A program made the position numbers and the translations under genes. From Geosiphon pyriformis uo1 (Eukaryota; Fungi; Glomeromycota): a DNA stretch of 64,000 bases. Location of the stretch: NCBI GenBank assembly GCA_016748015.1, contig JAAOMT010000690.1, forward strand, positions 62,001 through 126,000, given 5' to 3'. A model generated the notes under the pieces. That model was not told the DNA's origin. It saw only the letters and a list, made by a program, of their open reading frames with translations, and ran no database searches. Below, piece by piece: positions 39,682 through 52,086 of the stretch (its first letter is position 1; every line of letters begins with the position of its first letter).

Positions 39682-42600
39682 GTGGCGACCACACCAGACA
39701 CAACAACTCTAGAATATTACCAGTCAATTTACACCCACTGCAAGCAAAGATTCAACATTCCAGACGAAATTGAAGTTGTCAAGAAATCAGTATACCAATA
39801 CATTGAAAACCACATCAACAATTATCTTTTTGGAAACTACAACATTTCAGAAGTTAGAAACAATCTCTACAATAATTTAGTGCACTATTCACAATTGAGA
39901 ACAGAAGACCTGAACAGTGAAACACTTGCTACCTACTTCCAAGAACTTAATTTTAACATTATTGAATATTGTGAAGAAAAATACTCAGTTCAGTCTAAAT
40001 ACTCTTTTAACTTTGAATCAGAGACAGAAACAAGCAACAAAGACAAACAAAAATTGAAGCAATACTCAAAAACCACTCCAAATACTCCAATACTACCAAA
40101 AACAACTGCCAAACACTTACAAACATCTGAACAAGGAACCAGTTCAAAACTCCTACTTACTATCACACCTTTTCCAGCTTCACTTGCACAAGCACAAACT
40201 TCTAATTCACCTTTAAATCAATTTTCAAGACTAGAAGATTATACATCACCCAGAAGTCTCACCAAACAACAAAAAACCCTTCAGACTAGTACCAATCTTC
40301 TTGACTATTTAGCAGAAAACCCAAGCGAACACTCTGAAATATTAGCCAACAAAGAAAACGTTTCTGAATCCATTAAAGAAGAAGTAGAATCCGAAGAAGA
40401 AAGTGAATTAACAGATAACAAGAAAAAAAAATGAAATGACAGCTTATATTGCAAAAATTCTTGAATTTAATGAAGAAGATACTGAGACCAGTCCCCAAGA
40501 ATGGCTTGACCAAGTTACTAAAACTGGAGATGCAAATAGATAGAATGCTGCCAAAATGTTAAGAACAATTCCCTACTTTCTCAAAGGAACAGCAAGAGAA
40601 TGGTTTGAAAACTTGGCTGCTCTATTCAATGATTGGAATGCTTTCAAAGCAGCCTTCCTTGAACAGTTTACCAACAATAATACCTTTATCACCCTTCGAA
40701 ATCAGTTTTGCAATATCAAACAAGAATCCTCCAAATCTGTTATGACTTATCTTGGAAAGTTTAACAAACTTCTCAAAAGGATTTGTCAACTCGAAACCAA
40801 TGATTATTACTCAAACGCTCAAATCTTGGATCAATTTATTGCTGGTCTAAAGGATAAACTGATTAAAAAAGTTCACTTACATGCCCTGGAAGATTTAAAC
40901 TCTGCCATACAGCATGCAAAAAGATATGAAATGGCCATAGAAGAGGCCAATCACACAAAACTTGTAAATTTGGCAATTGGAAAAACCAGCTCAGCAGCTG
41001 AGGAGAAAATTGACCAACTTACAAAAAAGGTTGAAAACTATTTCACCAACCAACAACAACAGCAATCCCAAAGATATCAACCACCCCAAAAATGAAATCA
41101 AAATAACTTTGCACCACTTTCTAATAACCAGCCTCAGAATTGCCATTACTGTGAAATCTTTGGCCACTGAAAAAGAGATAGCAGAAAGCTACAATGAAAC
41201 CAACAAAATAGGAGTAATCCACGTTACCCTCCACTACAGCAATCTTATTATCAATCACTACCACCAGCTTACTATCCATCAAGACTCCAACACCAAAATA
41301 ACTATTATCAGCCTGCCCCACAGCCAATCCAACAGCAATACCAACAACCACTCACACAACATTATCAAGTACCTGCTTGAAGATTGATTACACAAAATCA
41401 ATTCACACCACAAAACCGATACCAAGTAAACAACAATAGAATCAGTTCAAATAACTAATTAGTTCCCCAAAATTTAGCTTAGCCAAGACCCACCTATTAT
41501 CATACTCAACCTAGCTATCTTACAATATCTGAAGAACAGGATTTTTATCATACTGCACTCTCAGAAAGTAGAGCCACAGCATGACAACAAAACTCTTCCT
41601 ATACTCCTACCACAATCCCACCAGCCAGAATTGCTGAAAACGCCAATCTTTCAGATATATTCCCTTTTGAGTTTGAAGCAAATAAGTCACTATTCCTGCT
41701 TAGCAATGCAGCTGTCAATGAACAAAAAACAATCACTGCTATGTACACCAAAGCAGAAGTCAAAGAAAAGGCAATTCGCTTGATCCTAAACAGTAGATCT
41801 ACTGGAAGCATCATCACCTACCAGTTGATGCAACAGTTAAAAAGAAATGTCAACTGACCAGCTCAGACAGTAATCATTACTGCTGATGGCATAAAAAAGA
41901 CTTCAGTAGGAGAAATTAATAATTTTCCATTCACTCTTGTTAGAATCACTATTCCAGTTAAAGTTCTTGTAATGGACGCTCCTCAGTATCAAGCTTTTGT
42001 CAGAAATGACTGGCTTCAAAAAGCCAATGTGAAATTAGACTGGAAAACCCAAGAACTACAAATCTCTTACCAAGAACAATATGTCCGAGTATCTGCCACT
42101 TGTGGTACATTCAACAAACACTCTGAAAAAGCCCTGGCTTTTGAATTTGAACCAAAGGAAGAAAAACCAATAATCGAAACATTCATGGCTCTTGGATCAA
42201 CATCCAATTGGGCTGAGGAAACTGAACAAGAACATTTTACTCCACACTCTGAACCTAAAACTCCTGGATAGAATATCCCTTACTCAAAACCTAAACCAAG
42301 GAAATGACACTCCTATATTCCTCTTAAATGTAAGGACTGCCACAAGAAACTATCATCAATAGGAGCTTGTATTTCACCTGAGGAAGAATATGAGAGTTAT
42401 ACCTGCTACTACTGCAAGGCCTGCCATCAAGAACAATGGGGCCACTTGATCAAAAGAAGCAGAAAATAGAATAGAACACCCTGTTTTACTTGTAGAAAGC
42501 AGCTTTTCGATGAATGTGACTAGATTGATGTCACATTTAGAGGAGGAGTCTGTGATCAAACTTGCCAATATGCTCTTTCTATTGCAGAAAAGGTAAAACA

Positions 42601-45323
42601 TGGAACACTTTTCAATGCTGCATACAATAGTGTCCTCAACAAACTCCATTATTACTCCTATAACACCGAAATGATCTATGAACTTGCCATGGTTTTAATT
42701 AACAGAGGAACCAAAGAAAATGTCCTTCAAATAAAAGAAGCTGAATATATCAAATATACCTTGAAATTAGCTGGATTCGATTATGAAGATGAAGTAGAAG
42801 TATACCATCAAATCACAAGTCACACCTACCTAACCAAAGAAGCTCAAGCTCAACGGCTAGAGCAAATGAACATTAAATTATGTGAGGAATGCATAATGTC
42901 TTGTGATGAACAATGGTGTCCTAAATACTATGCCTTTAGCATTCCATTACCCAGTGAAAGTAACGAATATGAAATCAAATTTGGTGAACCTAAAGCAATA
43001 GAAGAAATTGAAATGACACCCATCTATCTTATTGAAAGTTAGCCTGCTTTACAGCTCAAATACTTCAACAACAATGAACAAGGAATAAAGCCTGAAAAAG
43101 CACATGAAATTGATGCTAAATACGATCTACAATATCCAGGAAAAGACACTTTGGTTCTTCAACCAAATTCCCTTACCAAGATCAATCTTAAAATTGCTCT
43201 CGAAATCCCACCAGGAGCAATGGTCCAAATTGCTTTATGATCATCATTGGCAAGCAAAGAAATTAATGTTAAAGAAGGAATTATAAATGCTGGATATACA
43301 GGAGACATTACAATCATGTTACAAAATGAAACCAATAAACTTTTTCAGATTGAACATGCTGAAAAAATTGCTCAAGCTATTTATTTACTGTTAATCAACA
43401 TTTCAGATTTACAATTAGTCAATCAAAGAGAACAATTGGGAAAAAGTAAAAGAAGAACCAATGGTTTTGGTTCAACTGGACAATTCACAGTTCCAGTAAA
43501 CATAGCTCTTAATGAACAAAATGAATCTTACCAGATTCTATGACTTTCACAACCAATTACTATTTCACCCTTTAGGGAACATCCAGAAATCTACACCTGC
43601 CCAAAGCCAACAACCACACAACAAATTTTTGAATCCAACAAACAAGTCTGCTTGGAACATAATATTTTGATCCCAAACATTTATATTCCAGAAGGAACAA
43701 AGAAAGTCTGAGTTACTTTTTACAATCTCAACAATTATCTCATAGTTTTATTAAATAACTTAGAAATTGGAGTTATTCACAGTAACATCTTTCAACAAAA
43801 ACTACCCCAAACAGTTCTCAATTTTTCAGAAATCATTGGACATTTACTACCAAAAATCAACCCAAACCCTAGCTCTGAAAACTACCATGTTGTCATGGAA
43901 AAATTATCTCGAATTAACATGGAACAACTTGAACCACAACAACAGAACCAGCTCAAAGAGCTAATTGCAGAATTTGCTAATATTTTTGCCAAAAACAACA
44001 ATGACTTAGGAAGAACCAATTTGGTTCAACACCAAATCTATACAGGAGATGCCAAACCAAGAAGACAACAAGCCTACTGAGTTGCTCTAGAAAGCCACCA
44101 ATTTATCAGAAAAGAAGTACAACAAATGCTTAACAATGGGCTTATTCAACCATCAATGAGTCCATGGGCTTTACCTGTGATCTTAGTTAAAAAAAAAAAT
44201 GGAAAGATACAATTTTGTGTTAATTATTGACAACTTAACAGTATTATCATTGGAGATGCCTACCCTTTTCTCCGAATTGATGACATGTTGGATGCCCTTG
44301 GAAAGTCCAAATACTTTTTGACATTAGATTTAGAGAGCAAATACTGGCAAGTTGCCATGGATCCCAAAGATCACCCCAAAACAGCATTTACCACTCAAAG
44401 AAGGAAATTATGAGTTTAATGTAATGCCTTTCGGATTATGCAATGCACCAGCAACATTCCAAAGACTTATGGATGTTGTTTACAAAGACCTCCTTTGGAA
44501 ATCAGTAGTTGTCTATCTCGATGATACTGATGTTTATTCACCATCTTTTGAATTACACTTAATACATCTGTGAGAAGTTTTTCAATGATTACAGAAAGCA
44601 GAACTGAAACTGAACATCAAAAAATGCTACTTCGGAAAAACAAGTTTGGCTTTTCTTGGCCACATTGTGAGCAAAGATGGAATTAAACCAGACCCCAGAA
44701 AAATCAGCACTGTCAAGAACTTCAAGACTCTATAAAATATCACAGAATTGAAAGGATTTATTGGATTAGCTTCCTATTACTGAAAATTTATCAAAGGATT
44801 CTCAGAAATTGCAAAACCCTTCAACCAGCTCACTACTAAAAACGTCAAATACAAATGGATGGAAAAACACCAAAAAGCTTTTGAAATTTTCAAGGAAAAG
44901 CTGACAACAGCTCCAATTCTCACCTACTCAGACTTCAGTAACTGATTTCGACTAGCTACAGACGCTTCTTGCACTGCCTTTGGTGCCATCTTATCACAAT
45001 TAGATGACAACAGAAATGAGTGAGTAATTGCTTATGCTAGCAGAACATTAAAACCAGCTGAGAAAAACTACTCTGCCACAGAACTAGAAACAGCAGCTGT
45101 AATTTGGGCCTTACACTACTTCAATCTTTATCTCAAGCCTAAAGAATTCAACATTATTATTGATAATATTGGACTCAAATGGCTTCAAAACAAAAACACT
45201 CAGCTGAATGCCAAACAAACCCAATGAACAGGATTTTTAGCCAACTACCAATACATTATACATCACAAACCAAGAAAACTCCACACCAATGTTGATTGTC
45301 TCTCAAGAATAAGGCAAGATTAG
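39682..45323 (+). pseudogene. Element B Gag-PR-Cys-rich-dUTPase-RT-RNase H
   Basis: TIPYFLKGTAREWF, protease LILNSRSTGSII, dUTPase GIINAGYTG/IAQ/GFGSTG, RT MPFGLCNAPATFQ and YLDD, RNase H LATDAS, ending NVDCLSRIRQD*. Confidence 0.92.
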
Positions 45324-45373
45324 AACACAAAATCAACACCCATTTGAATTAGCAGTAACAAAAACAACAAACA

Positions 45374-46759
45374 ATGAACCCTGAAAACTACAAAAATCTC
45401 AAACAATATTTGGAGACATTAATAATTCCAACAGATTGGTCTTTAGATGAAAAACACCAATTACAACAAAAAGCCAAACAATATTTTCTATACAACAACA
45501 CCATTTATTATTGAAACTTCAGAAACCCAGACAAATCACTCAGATTAATACAGGAAAATGAGAAGAAAACTATCTTATACAACATGCACTCAGACCCTTT
45601 ATCAGCACATTTAGGAAAAAATAGCACCACCCAAAAAACATTAGAACACTACTTTTGGCCCCAAATGAGAAAAGACATTCATGAATACATTAAAACTTGT
45701 GATATTTGTCAAAGAAGAGAAGGAACTCGCCCTATAGAACCTTTAAATCCAATCAAAGTTGGACAACCTTTTGACCGAGTTGGTATCAATTTAGTCAGAC
45801 CACTACTTATTACAAACCAAGGAAACCATTATATCGCAGTAGCTATAGATTATCTCACCAAATAGCCTGAAGCCAGAGCCATTCAACGAGCAGATGCAAA
45901 ATCAGTAGCAAACTTTATTTACAAAGACATTATTTGTAGACACAGATGTCCAATCAAACTTTTATCTGATCAAGAAACACATTTTGTGAACAATCTAATT
46001 CAAGAAATCTGTGAACAATTCAATGTTAAAAGACTATTATCTTCATCCTACCATCCACAAACAAATGGACTTGTAGAATGTTTCAACAGAACATTGTGTA
46101 AATCTTTAGCCAAAGTCTTAACAAATTTTGAGCAGGAATAGGATATCTTTATTCCATCAGTGTTACTAGCATATAAAACACTAAAACAAGATACTACAAA
46201 ACACACACCATTTGATTTAATCTATGGAAGGACAGCAACATTACCAATTAGTTTCACAGTGAAAACATACCCAGTACAGTCAATTAATGAAGACAACTTT
46301 CAGGAAACACTGCAATAAAGAGTCTACACTCTGCTTAGCACATTGGAAAGAAAATGACAAATAGCAGCAACTCACATTGAACACTCCCAAGCTCAACAAA
46401 AAGAATGGCATGACAACAAATTGCCACCAGTCACCAATAAATTTAAAATTGGAAACAAAGTTCTCTTACACAGAACTAAAGCCAAAAAACAATGGAGTGG
46501 AAAATTTGAAAATAAATGGGATGGACTATTCTTTATTCATGAAATTCTAGGCAATGAATTATACAAGTTAAGACTTGATAACAAAATCCTAGCAAAAGTT
46601 ACACATGGAGATTGTTTAAAACACTATAATTCTAGAAACAATCCTGAACCATTAATTCCACAAATTGGTACACATTCCCCTTTAATCAATCCCAAAGATA
46701 TTTCCCGAAATTTAGAACCAATAGTTGTCATTGAACAACCTCCCAACTTGAACACTTAA
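45374..46759 (+). pseudogene. Element B integrase (separate ORF)
   Basis: MNPENYK..., HHCC (HSDPLSAH...CDIC), INLVRPL, SDQETHF, YHPQTNGLVE, KWDGLF GPY/F-like tail; no chromodomain seen. Confidence 0.9.
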
Positions 46760-46921
46760 TTTAAATTTATTATTATAGTTATCTCCTTAATTTAGAAACA
46801 ATCTCACAAAAACAAAACAAAAATAACATAAAAACCCATACACCAAAAATAATTTTCCTTTATTTTCAAATCTCTTATAATAATTATTTCTTAAAACATT
46901 CAACAATTATCCCAAAAACTA

Positions 46922-47599
46922 ATGTTAGCTTTAAAAACAATACCCGAATTATCCATTACTGTTACTGGAAACCACATTAATTATACCCAAACAGAAGTAG
47001 TTACAAATTTAGCCCCAAATGCACAAAAATATCACCCATATAAGAAGAATACAAGAAGTTATTTTGGAATTTACCTGCCAGAACTTTTAAAGCTTGCTTT
47101 AAAAAAAAACTTAATGCTCACTTCTATTAGTATTCTACCAAATGCTACTATTCAACAAAAACTTCAACTGTGTCTTAATGAAGAAAACTATGACTATACT
47201 CCAATATATAAATATTTCTATATTGGAAAAACACTTCATGAACAAAAACAGAAGCTTACAGCAGCAAACCTCACAAAAGAAGCTATTTGGAAACAACTCC
47301 ACAATGAATTCAAGACAACAGCTGGACCTACAAACAGTCATTATAAACTAAGAGCTGCTCTTAGACTTTATGACCTATTCTACACTTGTGAAAATGTCCT
47401 ACAAAACCCAATTTTACAGCCTTTGAATATTCAATACATTGGAAAGCTCACAGAACTGAAATTTCAACAATTTTCAGACCAAATTTCTTCAATAATTTTG
47501 GATTATTATCTGGAAATTACAGACAGTACTTTGACTTCAATGGAGCTCAGTCTTGAGGAGGAGGTTATGTTACCAGACGAAATTAGAGATATTATTTAA
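46922..47599 (+). CDS. Element B ORF3, unknown function (225 aa open frame, no evident TM segment)
   Basis: Open ATG ORF between integrase and PPT; homologous to the corresponding regions of A and C. Confidence 0.7.
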   Translation: MLALKTIPELSITVTGNHINYTQTEVVTNLAPNAQKYHPYKKNTRSYFGIYLPELLKLALKKNLMLTSISILPNATIQQKLQLCLNEENYDYTPIYKYFYIGKTLHEQKQKLTAANLTKEAIWKQLHNEFKTTAGPTNSHYKLRAALRLYDLFYTCENVLQNPILQPLNIQYIGKLTELKFQQFSDQISSIILDYYLEITDSTLTSMELSLEEEVMLPDEIRDII

Positions 47600-48555
47600 C
47601 ATGAAATTATTTTTATAATTCTTATCATTAATTAACATATATTATCATTTCAAATTATTACTTATTACATTAGCAAAATGTCCGAAATTATCATTTAATT
47701 AATAAACTAATTTATACATAACACAGATGTAACCTAATTGTGATGATCAATCATGCAATACCCCGAAATATGTAACATTCAAAAGTTTGCCAAAATTTGT
47801 AGAAATTCGCCGAAATAATTGATAGTTTACCAAAATATTTAATAGTTTGCAAAAATAACTTGTAGTTTACCAAAATGTATCTTTAGTTCAGCAAAATTGT
47901 AGAAAAGAGCAAAGTTCAAGTTCATAGAATAGTGTTACAACAAGTTGTATAAAAAAAGAGCTTTTCTCTTCGAGAAAATGTATTTTACTTCAGATTTAAC
48001 AATTAGAATCATCTTTTACACACAAAAACGAAATAAATATCAAATAATTTGAAAAATCAAATCCTTAATTATTCCTTTTTTTGAAATTAACCAATTCCTA
48101 CTAAACAGTTTTGAAATTGATTAGCTACCAATTTCAATAAACTGTTAGTGACTCCAGGCCTGGATAGAAAACGTTTCTCTTGACAGAATTCTATTTCTTT
48201 TACATTTCTTTTATTTTCTTTCTTTTATTTTTTTATTATAATCATTAGGGTAGCCTACAGACGAGATTCCTGTAGAAGAGTTGACTTTCACAGCAAAATA
48301 ACTACACATTTTTAGTGAGCTTCTAGACAAGCAATTCCTGAAAAAAAGTTGACATTTATTACAATGTAACTACACAAAGCAACTGGCATGGAATTGGCCA
48401 TTCCACTTATAAGCCCAGCAGTTCAAATTATAGAAAATAATTTAAAGATAAATTCAGTTACTGGAGGTTTAACCACATCCAGACAATGTAAATTCACAAC
48501 AAATAGGCATCAACAACATTAAAAAAAAGAGACCAAAAACTTCCGGTAACAACAG

Positions 48556-51242
48556 CATCATAGTACCAATTAAAGTACTCATCATAGAAGCCACCCAATA
48601 CCAAGCTCTAGTTGGTAATGACTGGCTGTCCAAAACAAATGTCACTTTAGACTGAAACACACAAGAGCTTTAACTCAGCCAGAATGGGCAACACATGTGA
48701 GTACCAGCAACATGTGGCCACTTCAAGGCTACCAACACCATGGCACCACTAATCAATTTTGAGGAAAAGAAACCAAAACCTACCTGAGAAGCCTACCAAG
48801 TGTCATGGACTGATGAAGAGCACAACAAACTGCCGCCAATACTCTCTTGGAATGACAATGACAATGGAAAAAAAAACAAAAGGAAGAACTTACCTGGGAA
48901 ACCAATGACTTGACATGGACCAACAATAATGAGAGCAAACTGACTTCAAGCTGAGAATGGGAAGAAAACAAAGAAGATAAAGCGAAAGGAAAAGAAAGAA
49001 AAAAAGGGACCACCCAAATCACCACCACTTATAATACCTACACTATACCACAACAATCTACCTATCATCAATCTAGGCTGGTATGCATCAATTGTGACAA
49101 GAAACTGTCATCAATGGGTGCATGCTGTGGTAACGATGAGGAATACTACACTGCAACAAAGTTTTACTGTCATCCATGTGTACTCGAACACTTTGGATGA
49201 CCAAAGAGGCAGGAAAAATAGGATAACCAACCTTGTCTCACTTGTGGGGAGATCCTGCTAGATGAAGAGATATGAAACAACATCCCAGGACGTAGAGGAA
49301 TATATGACAAATCATGCCAATATATGATTCTGATAAGCAACTGGGTAAAGAAAGAAACCCCAATAGAAGCAGCCTGGAGAAGAGCCATGCAGTGACTGGA
49401 CAGTTGTCCACATGATAATGATGAAATCTGGAGAATGGCAATCACCAAAATAGAAGGAGTGACACCTGAAGAGATCAGAAAGATCAAGAACAATCTCTTA
49501 GAACCCATAGAACTTGACTGGGACCCAAAACCAGTCATAAATCTTCTAGATCCAAAGCAGTTCCACGAACATTACCAGGAATTGGCACCTACTCAAGAAG
49601 AACAAGAGCAATGCTTAGAAGAAATAAACACTTGACTATGTGACCACTGTTTGATTCCATGTGACTTCCAATATTGTAATAAGTGTGACCTCATTTACAA
49701 TTCACCACCACGCATGATCTACACAATCCCCGAGGAAGAGAAACCAATTAACAGCTGCACATCGGAATCAGAATTAGTTTACAATTCCAATTCAAACTCT
49801 GACAACAATGATGATGAAGACACTGGTTCCAGCTCCACGCAATGTGGCAATGAAAATATCAATAATTCAAACTCTGATTCTAACTACGAACAATACATTG
49901 CCCTACCAGATCTCTCCAAAAAACAGGAATTGGAATGGTACAGTGACAATGGCAAAGACATTATACCAGAACGCACGCATAATACCAATACAGAGTTTAA
50001 TCTGAGATATCCTAGAAAAGATGTTATAAAATTGGAACCACATTTACACATCTGCATAGATCTGAAAATAGCATTAGAAATTCCAGCAACAACAATAGTT
50101 CAATTAGCATCTAGGAGTAGTTTAGCAAAAAGAGGAATAAACATCAGAAGAGGAATAATTGACACAGAATACATAGAAAATATCATTGCCATGCTACAAA
50201 ATAACTAAGAAAATGCATATATTATAGAGCCAAACAAAAAGATAGCACAGGCAATATTTCTGCCTCTGGTTAAAATAGCTCAATTAGTATCAGTGGGAAA
50301 CAGGGAAGAGTTAAGAATAACAGCAAGAGAGATACAGAGATTTGGGTCAATGAGTAGAATGGATGTACCAGTTAATATGGCAGAAGAAGAAATTGTTGGC
50401 CAAGGAGAAATTATCTCAACTGGTCAAGCTATTTTTATTCTACCATATAGCCAGTACATGCTAGCAATAGAAAGGAAGAAAAAGGAGCAAGAACAGATTT
50501 TTGAAGCTGAAGCAAACCTTTGTGAATCAGGAGAGATTGGACTGATCAATCTCCACATACCAGCCAAAAGCTATAGCCACATAAAAATTTCGATCTACAA
50601 CAACACTGGCAAAGTCATCAACATACCAAAAGGAACTACTATTGGATATTTAACCACAGAAATAGAAGACCAACCACCAAACCCCATTTCAGACTTTCCA
50701 CAACTTTGTGGATATGTCAACATTACATCACAAACAATTTATGGACGAGACAAATGTTATTTGCTCTAACCAAAACAATTAGAACAAATAAACATGGGAA
50801 ACTTAGATCCACTTCAACATATGCAGCTCAAGATGTTGCTCAACAATTTCAATAATATCTTTGCCAGCAAAAACAAGTTTGGCCAAACTAACATCATCCA
50901 GCATCAGATCAAGACTGGAGATACAATGCCCATTAAACAAAGAGCATACAGAGTGCCACCAGCCAGCCATGAGATCATTCATCAAGAAATAAACCAAATG
51001 CTTGATAACGGATTAATTCAGCCATCAATGAGCCCATGGTCATCACCAGTAGTACTTGTCCATAAGAAGAATAGAAAAATCTGATTTTGTGTAGACTACA
51101 GAAAACTTAATAGTGTAACACGTGGAGACAGCTATCTAACTCCATAGATACAAGAACTATTCAATGCTTTTGGTGGGAACAAATGGTTCTCAACATTAGA
51201 CTTGGACAGTGGTTACTGGCAAGTAGCCATGAATTCAGCTGA
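48556..51242 (+). pseudogene. Element A pol middle: protease C-part, Cys-rich domain, dUTPase, RT N-part
   Basis: YQALVGNDWL; CINC..C..CHPC..CLTC..CQY; FNLRYP, LASRSSLA, GIIDTEY, IAQAIF; PIKQRAYRVP, SPWSSPVVLV, TLDLDSGYWQV. Confidence 0.92.
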
Positions 51243-52086
51243 TGTTACAGTTTAAGAATTTAGCAAAAAGAATCATAAAAATAATACAAACTATTCAATC
51301 ATAATATAGCACAGTAATAATCTTAGAAAGGTAATGATTAACATAGTAGCAAACACCATCTTGCGATAGTGGCAAGCACCAGTTCACAATAGCAGCCAAC
51401 ACCAACTGGTGATAGCAGCAAACACCAGGTTGAAATATCAAAAAGAAAGTATTTTCTCGTAGAACTACAAACATGTATATATACAGTAGTTTTAATATTG
51501 GGAAATAATCAATCAAGTAATAAAAATCATAACTTATCAAGCAACAGATCCAATTTTANNNNNNNNNNNNNNNNNNNNATTTGTATTATTTATTGAATGA
51601 AACTATCATTCATCAACTGAATCCCTTGGAAGAATAATCCTTGATCAAGATTATTCACATTGTTACTAATTGATAAAAGCTTTATTGTAAGAATTAGAAA
51701 AGCGCTAAAGACCATTAACATTCTGTGTTTCTAGATTAGAGAAACACATCAGGCAATTGCAAGGATAGTCTCAGAGAAGACCCCAGACAGTGGATAGATT
51801 TCAGTTCAGCCTCTGAGAAGAAGTACATAAACACACACAACAATCAAGAATTAAAGAATAACTTACATTGCAACAGTAAAAAGAAAGCTTTCAGTGTAAC
51901 AGTGACATTATCACACAAATAGAATTGAGGAACTCACGAAAGACTGATTGCAATTAAAGCGGGATATCAGCAATTAAATATAACAAGAAAACCATCCCAT
52001 AACATTTGGTGAACTCTATGAAGAAAGAAAATCAAAAAGGAAATAATAATTAGCAATAATTTATTGCTAAAAAGGAAAAGACAAAA

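Larger units (their letters stand above)
38339..48551 (+). mobile_element. Ty3/Gypsy LTR retrotransposon B, full length, TSD ACAG
   Basis: LTRs 38339-39297 and 47568-48551; ACAG at 38335-38338 and 48552-48555; PBS TGGTGCTCTCCC; PPT GAGGAGGAGG. Confidence 0.96.

Noticed and set aside
39298-39957. Apparent tandem duplication of element B PBS and gag start
   Set aside because: The copies look identical and flank a 20-N gap; most likely an unmerged contig overlap.
46922-47599. ORF3 as a retroviral-type env gene
   Set aside because: Too short, with no signal peptide, furin site or transmembrane anchor visible.
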